DNA of 62,158 bases, the filler included, from Sphacelaria rigidula (taxonomy: Eukaryota), in NCBI GenBank assembly GCA_964200075.2. It is 6 parts of 6 records of this genome, joined end to end, with 100 filler letters (N's around TTAATTAATTAA, not from the genome) between each part and the next. Parts side by side here need not be neighbours in the genome. Positions count along the whole stretch, not along the records: positions 41,508 to 51,783 come from CAXNAA020006813.1; positions 51,884 to 62,158 come from CAXNAA020006814.1; 4 more parts are not named here. One strand, given 5' to 3'. The notes under the pieces were generated by a model, which had not been told where the DNA came from, made no database searches, and saw nothing but the letters and a program-made list of their open reading frames with translations. The position numbers were made by a program, and so were the translations under genes. Positions 49,140 through 59,795 of the stretch are shown one piece after another. Within the stretch, counting starts at the first letter, position 1. The number at the start of each line of letters is the position of its first letter.

Positions 49140-51720
49140 GTTCTGTTCTCCAGCATCAAAAACACTTGGCACGATTGACTTCAGTATAGCTTCTGTGTAC
49201 TCCCTGTTCATACGTACCATGCCAGCCGCAGCCCCGTATCTGGCCTGGGCGGCGCACGGACTGGAAAATCGTGCGGCGATACCAACGCTAGGGTACGTAC
49301 TTTCTCTAATGGTAGCATCGTCTTGGTCACTCAACACCTTTGTATTGGACAGGAAAGAATATTGCGCTCGTCGCGCAGACTGGCGTACAGCATCCCAGTA
49401 GGCTGCTTGTTCTGAGGTGTCTCCTGTACGAGCTTCGTCCGTAGTTCCTGCCCAAACCGCCAGAGAACGAGGGTAGTCGGTCACCTGGCGATGAATTTAT
49501 GTATCGAGCAGAACAGCAGAAGGGAAAAGTGGTGTGTAGATTTCTGATAGGCAAAGAGCAGCATAGAACTCCTCGCCGAGTTTTTGGTTTTTCCCGAAAC
49601 AATATCAGCACGACGAATTTTCCGAGAAAAGGCTACTGAAAAATAAGTATGTATGTATACATTAATTAATTAATTGATTAACTAGTTGGTCGGTTGATGG
49701 TTGGATGGTTGGTTGATTGAATTTTATATTTAGCGCAAGGGAAAGACAATATGGATGATGCCATATCCAAAAGTGCCTTTCTTGTCGACCGATCAAAATT
49801 TCATCGCTTTTTCTTTTCCTTGGCTAACCCGAAGACTGCGTGTCAGTTCGTTCAGTGATGCACACGTCGGCCTATAAATATCCGAGGAAATTTCCTGAAA
49901 AAGTTCGACCAAAAATAGCGAAAGCCACCGCGTGATGCCGTCCATCTCCAGAATTTCCTACACTCCAAAAGGGCTTGGATGGCGTCAGTCGTCGACCCAG
50001 GGATATCGGCCACTCGAATTTCCTGATTTTTTTTGTTTTGGTTAATTAGAAAATTGCATGCCACTTTTCCCGTCTGACAGTGAAACGAATTTAACGAGGT
50101 ACCGCGGCGGAGTTGGGGATGCGAAGGATTCGTCAGGTACGGTATATGTGTATGGATGGCGCATCTCTTTCTCCTACCCAACCCTGAGCGAGTTCTCTCT
50201 TTGTTTCCCTTGGGTGTGTCCATCTCTTGTGACCACAGCTGAGTTCGAAGGAGATAAGTCAATGTGCGGCAATCAACCACATCAACCAATCAATCATTCA
50301 GCGGAAGAAGGGACGTGCTGTAGCGTAAATCCCAGCACGTCAACTGCTCCGATCCTCCCAAAACCTGAGCGCCTTATGCAATCGTCTGCAGGCCATGTAC
50401 CTCGTATGTCAACAACTAGGACGAGGTTCTTGATTTCATGGCAAGGCCACATTCAAACTAAATTTCCCGTCCTCTTGGGTTATGGCCAATTCATCCTCCC
50501 GAAATGGCGGTACGACACGAAATTTTGCCCGGTAACCTGGGTGCCATCATCCTTCGTGTACAGCACAGGGCTGTCGATCAAGCTTCCAGAGGCCCACACA
50601 CCCGTCACGACGAGAAATGCTGCGTGCGTTTGGTCTGTCTTGAGTTCAGCTGAGGCCTGATACCTGAAATGAAAAATGAAAACAATGGCAGGAGGAGCCG
50701 GATACGATACCAATGAATTAACCAACTAATTGATTTATTAATTGGTTAGTTAGTTCGGAAGGGATGGTATGGTTTGTAGACGTTAATTTTATTTATTGGA
50801 CAAGGGGAAGACAACATATTGGTCGACACACATCGCCAACTTCATCCGTGCGCACAAAACTACGCACATCTCCGCCAAACGTCAGCAGCAGACGGCACAT
50901 CTTTATTTATTTTGCCATGTATACTCGAGTTATGCTACGATAGGGTGGGTAGGGGGGGTGGGGGGAGGGGGGGGTAATTCAACAATTAACAGGGGCTCAC
51001 GGGTATGTCGGACGACCTCACTACTCGCGGTGCATTTGTGTATGGTTCATAACGGTGTCAAGCAGTATGAATGAATACATCTTACTGGTAACAAGCGCCT
51101 TTGAATAAACGTTGCTGCCTTCAAAGACGACTTGAGCTCAAGATTTGTGGAGGAGACGGCCCAAAATCCCCTCTCCCTATGGCAGCATCACTCGTCCGAG
51201 CGTGATATCTTCGTGCGTTGCCTATTTCGTCGCTGATGGAGCACCGAAGAGTGATGCTACGGTAGGGGTGCACAAATATTTTCGGAGGTTAGACCTGTTA
51301 GGAGCCCTTTATCTCATCCAAAACACGACTTACGAAGTATGTGAGAGTACGCCAGGACTACCATTTCAATGTGCTCGGGATATCCCGAATGAATTTGCAA
51401 ACGGGGATGCCCTGACCAATATTCTTGTGCATCCAGAATCGTCAGGAGCCCCTAAACCAGACAAGATTTCGCGAACAAAATACACCCCTACCGTAGCATT
51501 GCTCCGAAGAGCCCCTTTCAATTAATACAGAAGAAACATCACATCAGGAGTTCTACAACGGGAAAACGCCGAACCTTCTCCCTCGCACGTACGTCCACTT
51601 ACCTGACGAGTGCTCGAATAGACTGGTCGGTCTCTTCTGCTATCAAATCCACAAGCCCAGTGTCGGGAGTCATGCTCAGAAATCGGGGCTCTGCCAGCAG
51701 CGCTTTCAACACCTCAGGCG
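49140..51720 (-). pseudogene. probable intron-split hAT-like transposase remnant
   Basis: In N-to-C order: AATFIQRRLLP, YTKDDGT..GQNFVS, AVVTRDG, RCAIHT, DGITRWLS. GT-AG bounded exons, e.g. 49140-49484. Confidence 0.45.
51249..51504. mobile_element. Sola-like MITE, sister subfamily (TSD CGAA)
   Basis: CGAA|gagtgatgctacggtaggggtg ... cacccctaccgtagcattgctc|CGAA. Interior unlike the 3161/18898 copies. Confidence 0.88.
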
Positions 51721-51783
51721 GGACGCAATTGCGGCGGTGGGAGGGGGGGGGGGGGGGGGCGCATAAGCGGGAATGGGCGCTGT

Positions 51784-51883
51784 NNNNNNNNNNNNNNNNN
51801 NNNNNNNNNNNNNNNNNNNNNNNNNNNTTAATTAATTAANNNNNNNNNNNNNNNNNNNNNNNNNNNNNNNNNNNNNNNNNNNN
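51784..51883. other. artificial contig spacer
   Basis: N run with TTAATTAATTAA. Confidence 0.97.
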
Positions 51884-51998
51884 CCGAGTTTTTCTTCTTC
51901 TACTTGGTCCAAATCCGTGTCCATAACATGCGTTCCCCGATTTTTTGTCCCCCCGATTTTGAAAAAATCAAGATTCGTGCTTGGCATAAAAGTGGGTC

Positions 51999-52631
51999 TT
52001 AGACCCTGAAATTTTGCACAGGTGTTTTATAAGTCATCACGCAACTTTGCAAGGTCCAGGTTTTTCTTCTTCTTTTACCCTTTCCGCCGTTTTCCCGAGG
52101 TCCCAGCTTTTTCGGGGAAACTTCGATCCAGTCGGATGCCCGTAAAACGCAATAAAACAAAAAAATTGAAAAATCTCGTCCATCCAAAGTTGCGTGATGA
52201 CCCATAGCACAGTTGTGCAAAATTTCAAGATCTAAACTCCTTGAAATGGCGTAAAGTTTTTCGCGGTTGTGCGATGAGCCTTGCGTGCCACGGTGAAACG
52301 GCAAACTACTCGATTTTGGTATGGAAATGGCGTTTCTGGGCCTTCTTTGACGTGAACATGAAAATTCAAGCACCAGTTCATCGAGTTTGGCCACGAAACC
52401 TGTGTGGGGTTCTTCCTTGGGCTTTGTGACGACAGAGCGTTGGTGAAAAAATGAAAAAAAAATACCTTAGTGCCGGTTTTCCGGGGTCCCACAACGGACG
52501 ACTTCGACAAAACAACTTGGATCCCGTCTGACCACCGAAAAACGGTAAAAAAACCAAGAATTGAAATAACCTCCTTCATCGAAACTTGCGTAATGATTCA
52601 TAGCACATTTGTGCAAAGTTTCAGGGTCTAA
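51999..52631. repeat. inverted-repeat-bounded element with internal direct repeat
   Basis: ttagaccctgaaattttgcaca / tgtgcaaagtttcagggtctaa. 52181-52236 repeats 52577-52632. Confidence 0.55.
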
Positions 52632-52860
52632 ATAACTCCTAATAAATGCGTGAAGATTTGCGCGTTTGTGCGAGGATGTGAGCTTGAAACGTTCAAACTT
52701 CTAACTACTTGGTTTGAATATGAACACATCTTTTATGGTGAATGTTACGTCAAGGCAGAAAAAATTGTATGAGATCTTCGACTTTCTCCACCGAACTTCG
52801 TACATATGTTCCTTGGACCATCGCGGGACGCATCGTGTTATTTTTTTTTGAGTCACCCTG

Positions 52861-52906
52861 TACCGGTTTCCGGGGGTCTTTGTACTGGGACCCCCGGAAA
52901 CCGGTA
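52861..52906. repeat. perfect 18-bp stem hairpin
   Basis: taccggtttccgggggtc - 10 nt - gacccccggaaaccggta. Confidence 0.9.
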
Positions 52907-53994
52907 GCGAACGGAGAAACTCTGAACCTTTGCCAAGATATAATTTTTCCATTTGGAGCATCAACACCTACGGAACTGGCAAGTTTGAGAATGATCTGAG
53001 CTTTTCTACAACAGATATGAGGGAAATCGTCACGAGGCTCCCTGAGTCTGTCCCGCGTATCATTATTAGACGACGCCGAACTCCACATCACCGAAACATC
53101 ACGAGCTGGGCCAGCCTAAAAACAGATTCAAGCTCTAAAAGCGATAGCTCCACGACACACACGAGTTGGGCCGTGATTCGCATATCGTATTAATCGTCTA
53201 ATCAAGGGGGAGGTGCCCATCTGCTCAAAAATCTGGGTCAATTTTTTCTCGTAGATTAAACCCCACGTCTGGTGATTCCTATACCTAGCGGAGATAACGT
53301 CAACACTATAACCTATATGAAACTCCGAACGATCGATTGAGCGGATGATGACAATTTTTGGTGTGGACCTTCCCTGGAGACGATAGACACCCTCACCTTC
53401 ACCTAATTCGTAATCTATCTCGAGACATGGCGCACATAAATTTGTGTACTAAAATCAGTATAATACGAGTAGAGACACTGGATGATGTAAATCTGGATAT
53501 CGCGTCTCAGTTTTTGAGAGTTGTGCTATGAAATTTGGTAGGGAGAACCGCTAGGGCATGATGGAATAAAAAAACACAGCTTTCTCGGATATTATTCGTT
53601 TTTTTTCATCTTTCCGTGTTTTCAGGGGAGTTTTGAGGAGAAATGAACCTTGCTCTTGGGCCCCATCTTAATTGTTCAGCTCAATTTTTAGAACTGTGAT
53701 TTGAAACTTGGCATGGAGAACGACAGAGGTATGCTGAGTAAAAAAAATGGGCCTTCATTTTTTTATTTTTATGAGAGGTTCGGGCGTTCTCGTAAAAAAG
53801 TGGTCGTTACCATACTAAAATGCCCTCAATCAATGAAAAATGAAAATGAAAACCAACCTCAACCATTTCTTGGTTCATCATGACCTAGCGAGGTCCCGCA
53901 CTGAGTTTCAACCCACAAACACCAAACGTGGGCCGATAAACCGCCTGCAAAATACTGTTCCGAATTTCCACCGGCCCGTTTTTTTTAAGGTAAA

Positions 53995-54243
53995 TTCGCA
54001 ATTTCTTTCTTGAAGGTGGAAAGTGAAATTTGGTATGGACAACCAACAGGGCATGAAGAGCTGTCTGTGAGGTCCCGAAGTTTTTTTTAATGAGTTGAGG
54101 GCAATAATCAGTTTTGAGGTTTTAGTGGAATGCCCCAAACTCATGGAAAAAAAAACTTCCGAACCTCACAGACAGCTTTTCTTCATGCCCTGTTGATTGT
54201 CCATACCAAGTTTCACTTTCCAACTCCAAGAACAAATTGCGAA
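53995..54243. repeat. ~250-bp foldback
   Basis: Arms ttcgcaattt...tggtatggacaaccaacagggcatgaaga..gctgtctgtgagg and their reverse complement. Confidence 0.85.
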
Positions 54244-56139
54244 CTCGCTTGCAAAGTACAAATCCACTTGTAGGCTGGCGCAGCCTGTACTGTTTCGGGT
54301 ATAATTCGACCCCGTTGTAACCATTTTAAAATCCGTTTCTCCTGTTAGATTCTTGAGGTGATGACGGTCACTACGATTTGAAGCATGTGGAGATTCGGTG
54401 GAAAGTGGGCTTGGAATTCGTATTTTCAATTTCGGAACAGTTTGCAAGGCGCTGATTAGTCGAGACACATTTTTGTCCATAGCGCCACCGCTACAGCCTT
54501 GAACAAAAATCTGGCTGCATCACCCTCTTCGTCTGTTGATTGCGGTCAGTATGATGTCATGCATGCGACTATTGGGTGCGTATTGCAGAAGGTATTTGCT
54601 GATGACAGTTTTATTTTTATTTTTTTCCGTGAACTAGCCTGTAGAAGCTGCTGCTCGTGTTGTTGTGCTTATATTTCAACTCTACTTTCTCGGCAACAAA
54701 GCATAGGATTGGACTGCGGTTTGATGCATGCGCTTCCCACACAGGTTTCCGTAACGTGTGCCGCGGAGGCCGCAGCACTTTGCAAACCGCTGCACCAAAC
54801 ACGAAATGTTCTGAAAACGCGTTTCCTGCAACGTTCTACGGCCTTTCGGATCCGCTGTGGCGAATTGAGCAACTCCGCCGCCACACTGAATAGATCTAGT
54901 GTGTGTACAGGCTGATTTGCTTCCTGTCTTTGAGAGCTGCGCGATGAAAAAGATTACAACTGTCGCATACCAAACCCAGATAGCTTGGGATGGAGCATGT
55001 GCTGTGCTCGGCAGAGGTTCGGCTGAGGTCCGAACAGTCCATGCCGTCTTTAATACGTCTTCAATATCCCTCCGCGTTCATTTCATTGTTTGTGATGAAC
55101 GGAGTTTTGGTCGGTAAGGCCTTCATTCACCCCCATAACTATGGTGTGTCCAGACCGTGCCAAAACAAAAAAAAAGGCTCTCCGACGGAATTTCCTGAGC
55201 TGCTGCTCTGATATTGTGTTGCGAAAAACAGTAGTCGGCACGCAGTCCCGTCTTGTCGAAGTTGAAGAAATGTCATGATGTGTGGGATGTTTTGAATTTT
55301 CGCATCGAAAAAGACGCGTCGTGCCCAGACCAATCATCCCTATTCGGTAGCTGATGCGATAAGGTGGTGCGTTGGAACCCTGCGAAGACGGCTTGATCTG
55401 CGACGGGGATAGTGTGAATTGCTGTACTGTTGTAGGGTCACGGTCGATAAGCAAGCCTCACGACACTGTCAAAATCGTCACCATCATGGTATATTAAACG
55501 GGTGGGCCATCTCTGAAACCAGCAATATGATTTGTGCCCACAGTTCTATCCTGTAGTGTCGTGGTACTGGCTACAGAACAGGGATAGAAGTACATCGCTG
55601 GAGCACCTCTACCTGGGTCGATGGCTCCTCATTTCTTTCACGGTGAGGCTAGAATTACCGACGCAACAAGTAAAGAAGAGACGGTCGTACATAGTAAGGA
55701 TAGCAGGCCGCGTCAATCGTTCAGGACAGGCTCTCGCATGAGGGCCGTAGCAATGTAAGGAAGCATAGCGGTACAATTACAGGTCTTTACCCCCCCCCCC
55801 CCACATCGTGCCCGCAGGTTCACCGCCCCAAACATGGATCCGACCTGGAAGGCAGATAAGCCAGTACGTAGGACACATTGTCTGAAAAATTGACGAAAAA
55901 CATCATGTCCAGCCTCTAAAATAGGCAGCAACACATCAACTGGCAGGATCCAATCAACCGCTTCGTACGACCCTGCCCAACTCCGAAAACATAGAGAAAA
56001 CCCAACCCCAAACGACGTAGAAAACAGGAGGATAACAGCCTAAGCGATAGCAAAAAAAGGCCTTCTGTACGATGTGCCATAAACCGGTTAGGGAAATCAA
56101 CTACACTGTATCACCATCTTCCGATGAGCGTACTTGTTA

Positions 56140-56900
56140 GGACAAACCCGAGTGTTCGTACAAGCCGAGTGCAGACCCAGAATGGGTCAATCAAAGCGCG
56201 TACCAGTACCCGGAGAGAAAAAGAAACGAGGACATTTCCTTGTCATCCCCTGCAATAGTGCGTGGCGGGACAAACCCGAGTATTAGTACAAGCCAAGTGC
56301 AGACCCAGAACGGATCAATCGTTGCGCGTACCAGTACCCGGAGAGAAAAAGAAACAAGGACAATTCCTTGTCATCCCCTGTAATAGTGCGTGGCGGGACA
56401 AACCCGAGTGTAAGTACAAGCCAAGTGCAGACCCAGAATGGGTCAATCGAAGCATGTACAAGTACCTGGAGAGAAAAATAAACGGGGACAAGTCCTAGTC
56501 ACATCCCGTCTATAGTCGGGATAGATTCGAGTATTAGCACAAGTCGAGTGCAGACTCAGAGTGGATCAATCGAAGCGCGCACCACTACCCGGAGAGAAAA
56601 AGAAACGAGGACAATTCCTCGTCACCTCCCGTCCATAGTCAGGACAGATTCCGAGTGTTAGTACAAGCCGAGTGCAGACCCAGAACGGATCAATCGAAGC
56701 GCGTACCAGTACCCGGAGAGAAGAAACGAGGACAATTCCTTGTCACCCTCCGTCTATAGTCGGGACAGATCCGAGTATTAGTACGAGACGAGTGCAGACG
56801 CAAAATGGGTCAATCAAAGTGCATACTAGTACCCGGAAAGAAAAAGAAACGAGGTCATTTTCTTGTCAACCCCCGGCAATTGTGCTATACGGGACAAACC
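56140..56900 (+). repeat. ~123-128-bp tandem repeat, ~6 copies
   Basis: Unit ggacaaacccgagt...agtgcagacccaga...cccggagagaaaaagaaacgaggaca. Confidence 0.9.
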
Positions 56901-57042
56901 TGAGCAGGCTAGAAATAAACGACGGGTCGACGTCTTCAACGTCTCGCGCAGGGTCACAATGCATACACGAAAACATTATCGAAACCAGATTGCGAACACA
57001 TTAATATATATACTTATATATATCCAAAACAAAATCCATCAT

Positions 57043-57384
57043 CGAAGAAATGGCAGCGACATGCACAAAATTAATGAGACTGTTCAACGTAAACCTTGGA
57101 GACGTGACGGGAAGGCTCGGCGGCACTCTGGTGTCACCGTCGATGAACCTCCGTGAAGTCTAGCACCATTTTGGAGGAGTAAAACATTTCCCGGAAATAG
57201 ACGAACTTACGAACACCGAAGGAATGGCAACAACATGCACATAATTAATGAGACTGTACAACGGGAACCTTGGAGACGTGACGGGAAGGCTCGGCGGCAC
57301 TCTGGTGTCACCGCCGATGAACCTCCGTCAAGTCCAACACCATTTTGGAGGAGTAAAACGTTTCCCGAAAATAGACAAACTTAC
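57043..57384 (+). repeat. 174-bp tandem duplication
   Basis: 57043-57210 repeated at 57217-57384. Confidence 0.9.
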
Positions 57385-58699
57385 CAATATACTCGAACAC
57401 GGTGTACCGATAGACACGACAGTCACTGCACCGGACTTGAGACGAGCACTCGAATATGGTAACCACAGTAGTATCGACGGTCACACCCGACATGTCTGAA
57501 ACAATTGACGGAAGACGTGAGGAGGAACAGATGTTTGGTTGTTAACCGATCAGCGGCCCCAGAAATTAGGCACTTACGAGTAGGTCCACTAGGAGCAGTT
57601 GTCACCAACAAGGTCCGCATCATCATCAATTTCGTGCGACATCGCACCCAGTTAAAGTACCGATTGGGATACCACCGTGAAGGCGTTGGGGTACACGATC
57701 AACACTCACAGCATGCGTAGTTCCGTACCCACCCAAACGATAACCCTTCCCCGAGTTCTTGAAACACGAATGGACCCAGGACAGGTCGCATGCTTCCGTC
57801 GCTGACATATTGAGTGTTGCCGGAAAATTATGGAACCTCACCTAGGTTGTCCGAGCCAATGAATTACTTTGTTTGGCAGCTGTTACGAGTATCCGGTCTA
57901 CATCAAGCCGGTTGTGAAAACAGGACAAAAGGAAGTGATGTATCTTTTTGGAAATAGGCAATCGATCATCAATGACCTGACCAAGGAGAAGCGCTCAGAG
58001 CCCCCCTGTTTTCCCAGGTAGACCGGCCGGCATCACGACGCTATTTTACGGACGCCAGCTTCAGTGCTGTTGAAGGATACTGCCCAGAGTTGAAGATATT
58101 CTGGCGATACGCCTTTCCCCCTGCCTTTACGTCGGAACTAGTCCTAAAAGCAAAACGTCATAGAAAACTGTTTCATCACGATCAATCCTGTAGAATTGTT
58201 CGGTATGATGGATGACGGCGCGCGTTAACCAGATATTTCTTAGGGAAAAACCCACAAAACCAGGAGAACCAGTATTGATGCGGGGCGACAACGCCTCAGC
58301 AGTATCGTGGGTGAACCGATGTGCGGGTTCGCGACAGACGTGCTGGTCCCCTCAGAAGAAGATGGGTCGCATGGAAATTACATCTGGATGGTGTCCGATA
58401 GCAAAACACACTCGAGGTATTGACAATGTCCTGGCCCACAGAATTTCGAGATGGCCTACAGAACAAGTTCAATGGACAGGAGAACAAGGCTGGAAATATT
58501 ACGACGACGGTCCCCGGGGAAAAGCTACACAGTATTCGACGTGGTCCTCCAAGAACCGCTGCCGAAAAGACGACTATACGATGAGTTGTGGTCAGTCATC
58601 AATGAAGATATGAATTAACAAAGGATACAATCGCCACTTGCGCCGCCCCGTCTGACACCATACCTTTCTTCCCCCCATTTTCTGCCCCCTCCAATTTCA

Positions 58700-59313
58700 C
58701 CAGGAGAACCATACGGTCGCTGCCATGATGGCGAGAGCTAGTACGAACGTTAGCTCTCGCCTCCGTAGGTAGTATTACCAAAAAGGCTTACATGGGGCGA
58801 TTCGAGACATGGGTAAAATGGAGAGAAGCTCGGGGGGAGCAGGCCTTCTTACGAGAAGATGGAGAGCTGGCTGCAGTGACCTAACCCCCCCACTACGGTC
58901 ATGGCGAGTAGGGTTTTCTGCTACGGAAACCAGAGCTCAACAGTACGATCATACTTGTCTGCTATTCAAAATGTTGACGGGGCGGGAGTTACCCACTCGT
59001 CACTGTGTATTAACCGCGATGTCCAAGGGCATTGACAAGACGCATGGGAAAGGTGAAGTCGAGAGGAGAGTGAGGAAACCCCTAACGAGATACATTTTGC
59101 ATGCGAAGGGGTCAAGGAGTGCGGAGTCAGTGGCAGAGCGCATCAAGTGGATCGGTTCGGCAAAATGCGGAATGTACAAATCTAGCAGCGCAAGGAGCAA
59201 CCCCCCTGCAGATTCAGAGGGCGGGTCGTTGGAAATCACAAGCATTCATGACCTACGCCAGAGCTGAAGGGGAGGGAGCGCAGTTCGTTTCGGAAGCACG
59301 AACACGTAGCTAA
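58700..59313 (+). pseudogene. tyrosine recombinase remnant
   Basis: VRKPLT, and C-terminal LAAQGATPLQIQRAGRWKSQAFMTYAR with the catalytic Tyr motif. Confidence 0.8.
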
Positions 59314-59601
59314 CGAGAATTGGGCAGCCTGACGGGGGAAGCGTTGACCAGCCCCGAAAAAAAGGAGACGGGTCAACATCCAAGAACAGAAAGTCATGGG
59401 TTAGCCCGATAGCTTGCGCATCCACTGCGACGAGATCGCTGCTGGGTAGAGTCAGTCTGTACTTTTTCGTGTCTTGTATTTTGTTCTGGATTTGTCTTGA
59501 GAGTATTGGGTTATGGTTTCGATTTTTCCAAGTCTCGGTTGCGCGTTAAAAAACCCGCGATTCTCGAGCCTTGAACAAAACGCCCCGGTGGTTCAGTTGG
59601 T

Positions 59602-59645
59602 AAACGGGTATGACATACAGACCAGTCTGTATGTCATGCTCGCTG
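59602..59645. mobile_element. ~42-bp hairpin micro-insertion
   Basis: aacgggtatgacatacagac-ca-gtctgtatgtcatgctcgctg, flanked by duplicated gttggtaa. Confidence 0.75.
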
Positions 59646-59756
59646 TTGGTAACCTCGAAACCTTCTGACGGTTGGGTCGTGGGTTCAAATCTTGGAGCGA
59701 TCCGGGATTTTTTTCTCACACCATGCCCAACAGTGGAGAGCGACTATGTCGTGGGT

Positions 59757-59795
59757 CAAAGGGTATGAATCTAGCTGCTAGTGTCATACCCTTTG
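59757..59795. mobile_element. 39-bp hairpin micro-insertion with 8-bp TSD TCGTGGGT
   Basis: TCGTGGGT|caaagggtatgaatctagctgctagtgtcataccctttg|TCGTGGGT. The empty site is visible in the SINE copy at ~11470-11483. Confidence 0.85.

Larger units (their letters stand above)
55700..59450 (+). mobile_element. decayed DIRS/Ngaro tyrosine-recombinase retrotransposon (ends approximate)
   Basis: RT start PLGAVVTNKVRII; RNase H FTDASF, INPVEL, GDNASAVSW, HTRGIDNVLAHRISR; YR IQRAGRWKSQAFMTY. Confidence 0.85.

Noticed and set aside
56140-56900. CRISPR-like array
   Set aside because: Tandem units lack spacers and lie inside a DIRS-type element.
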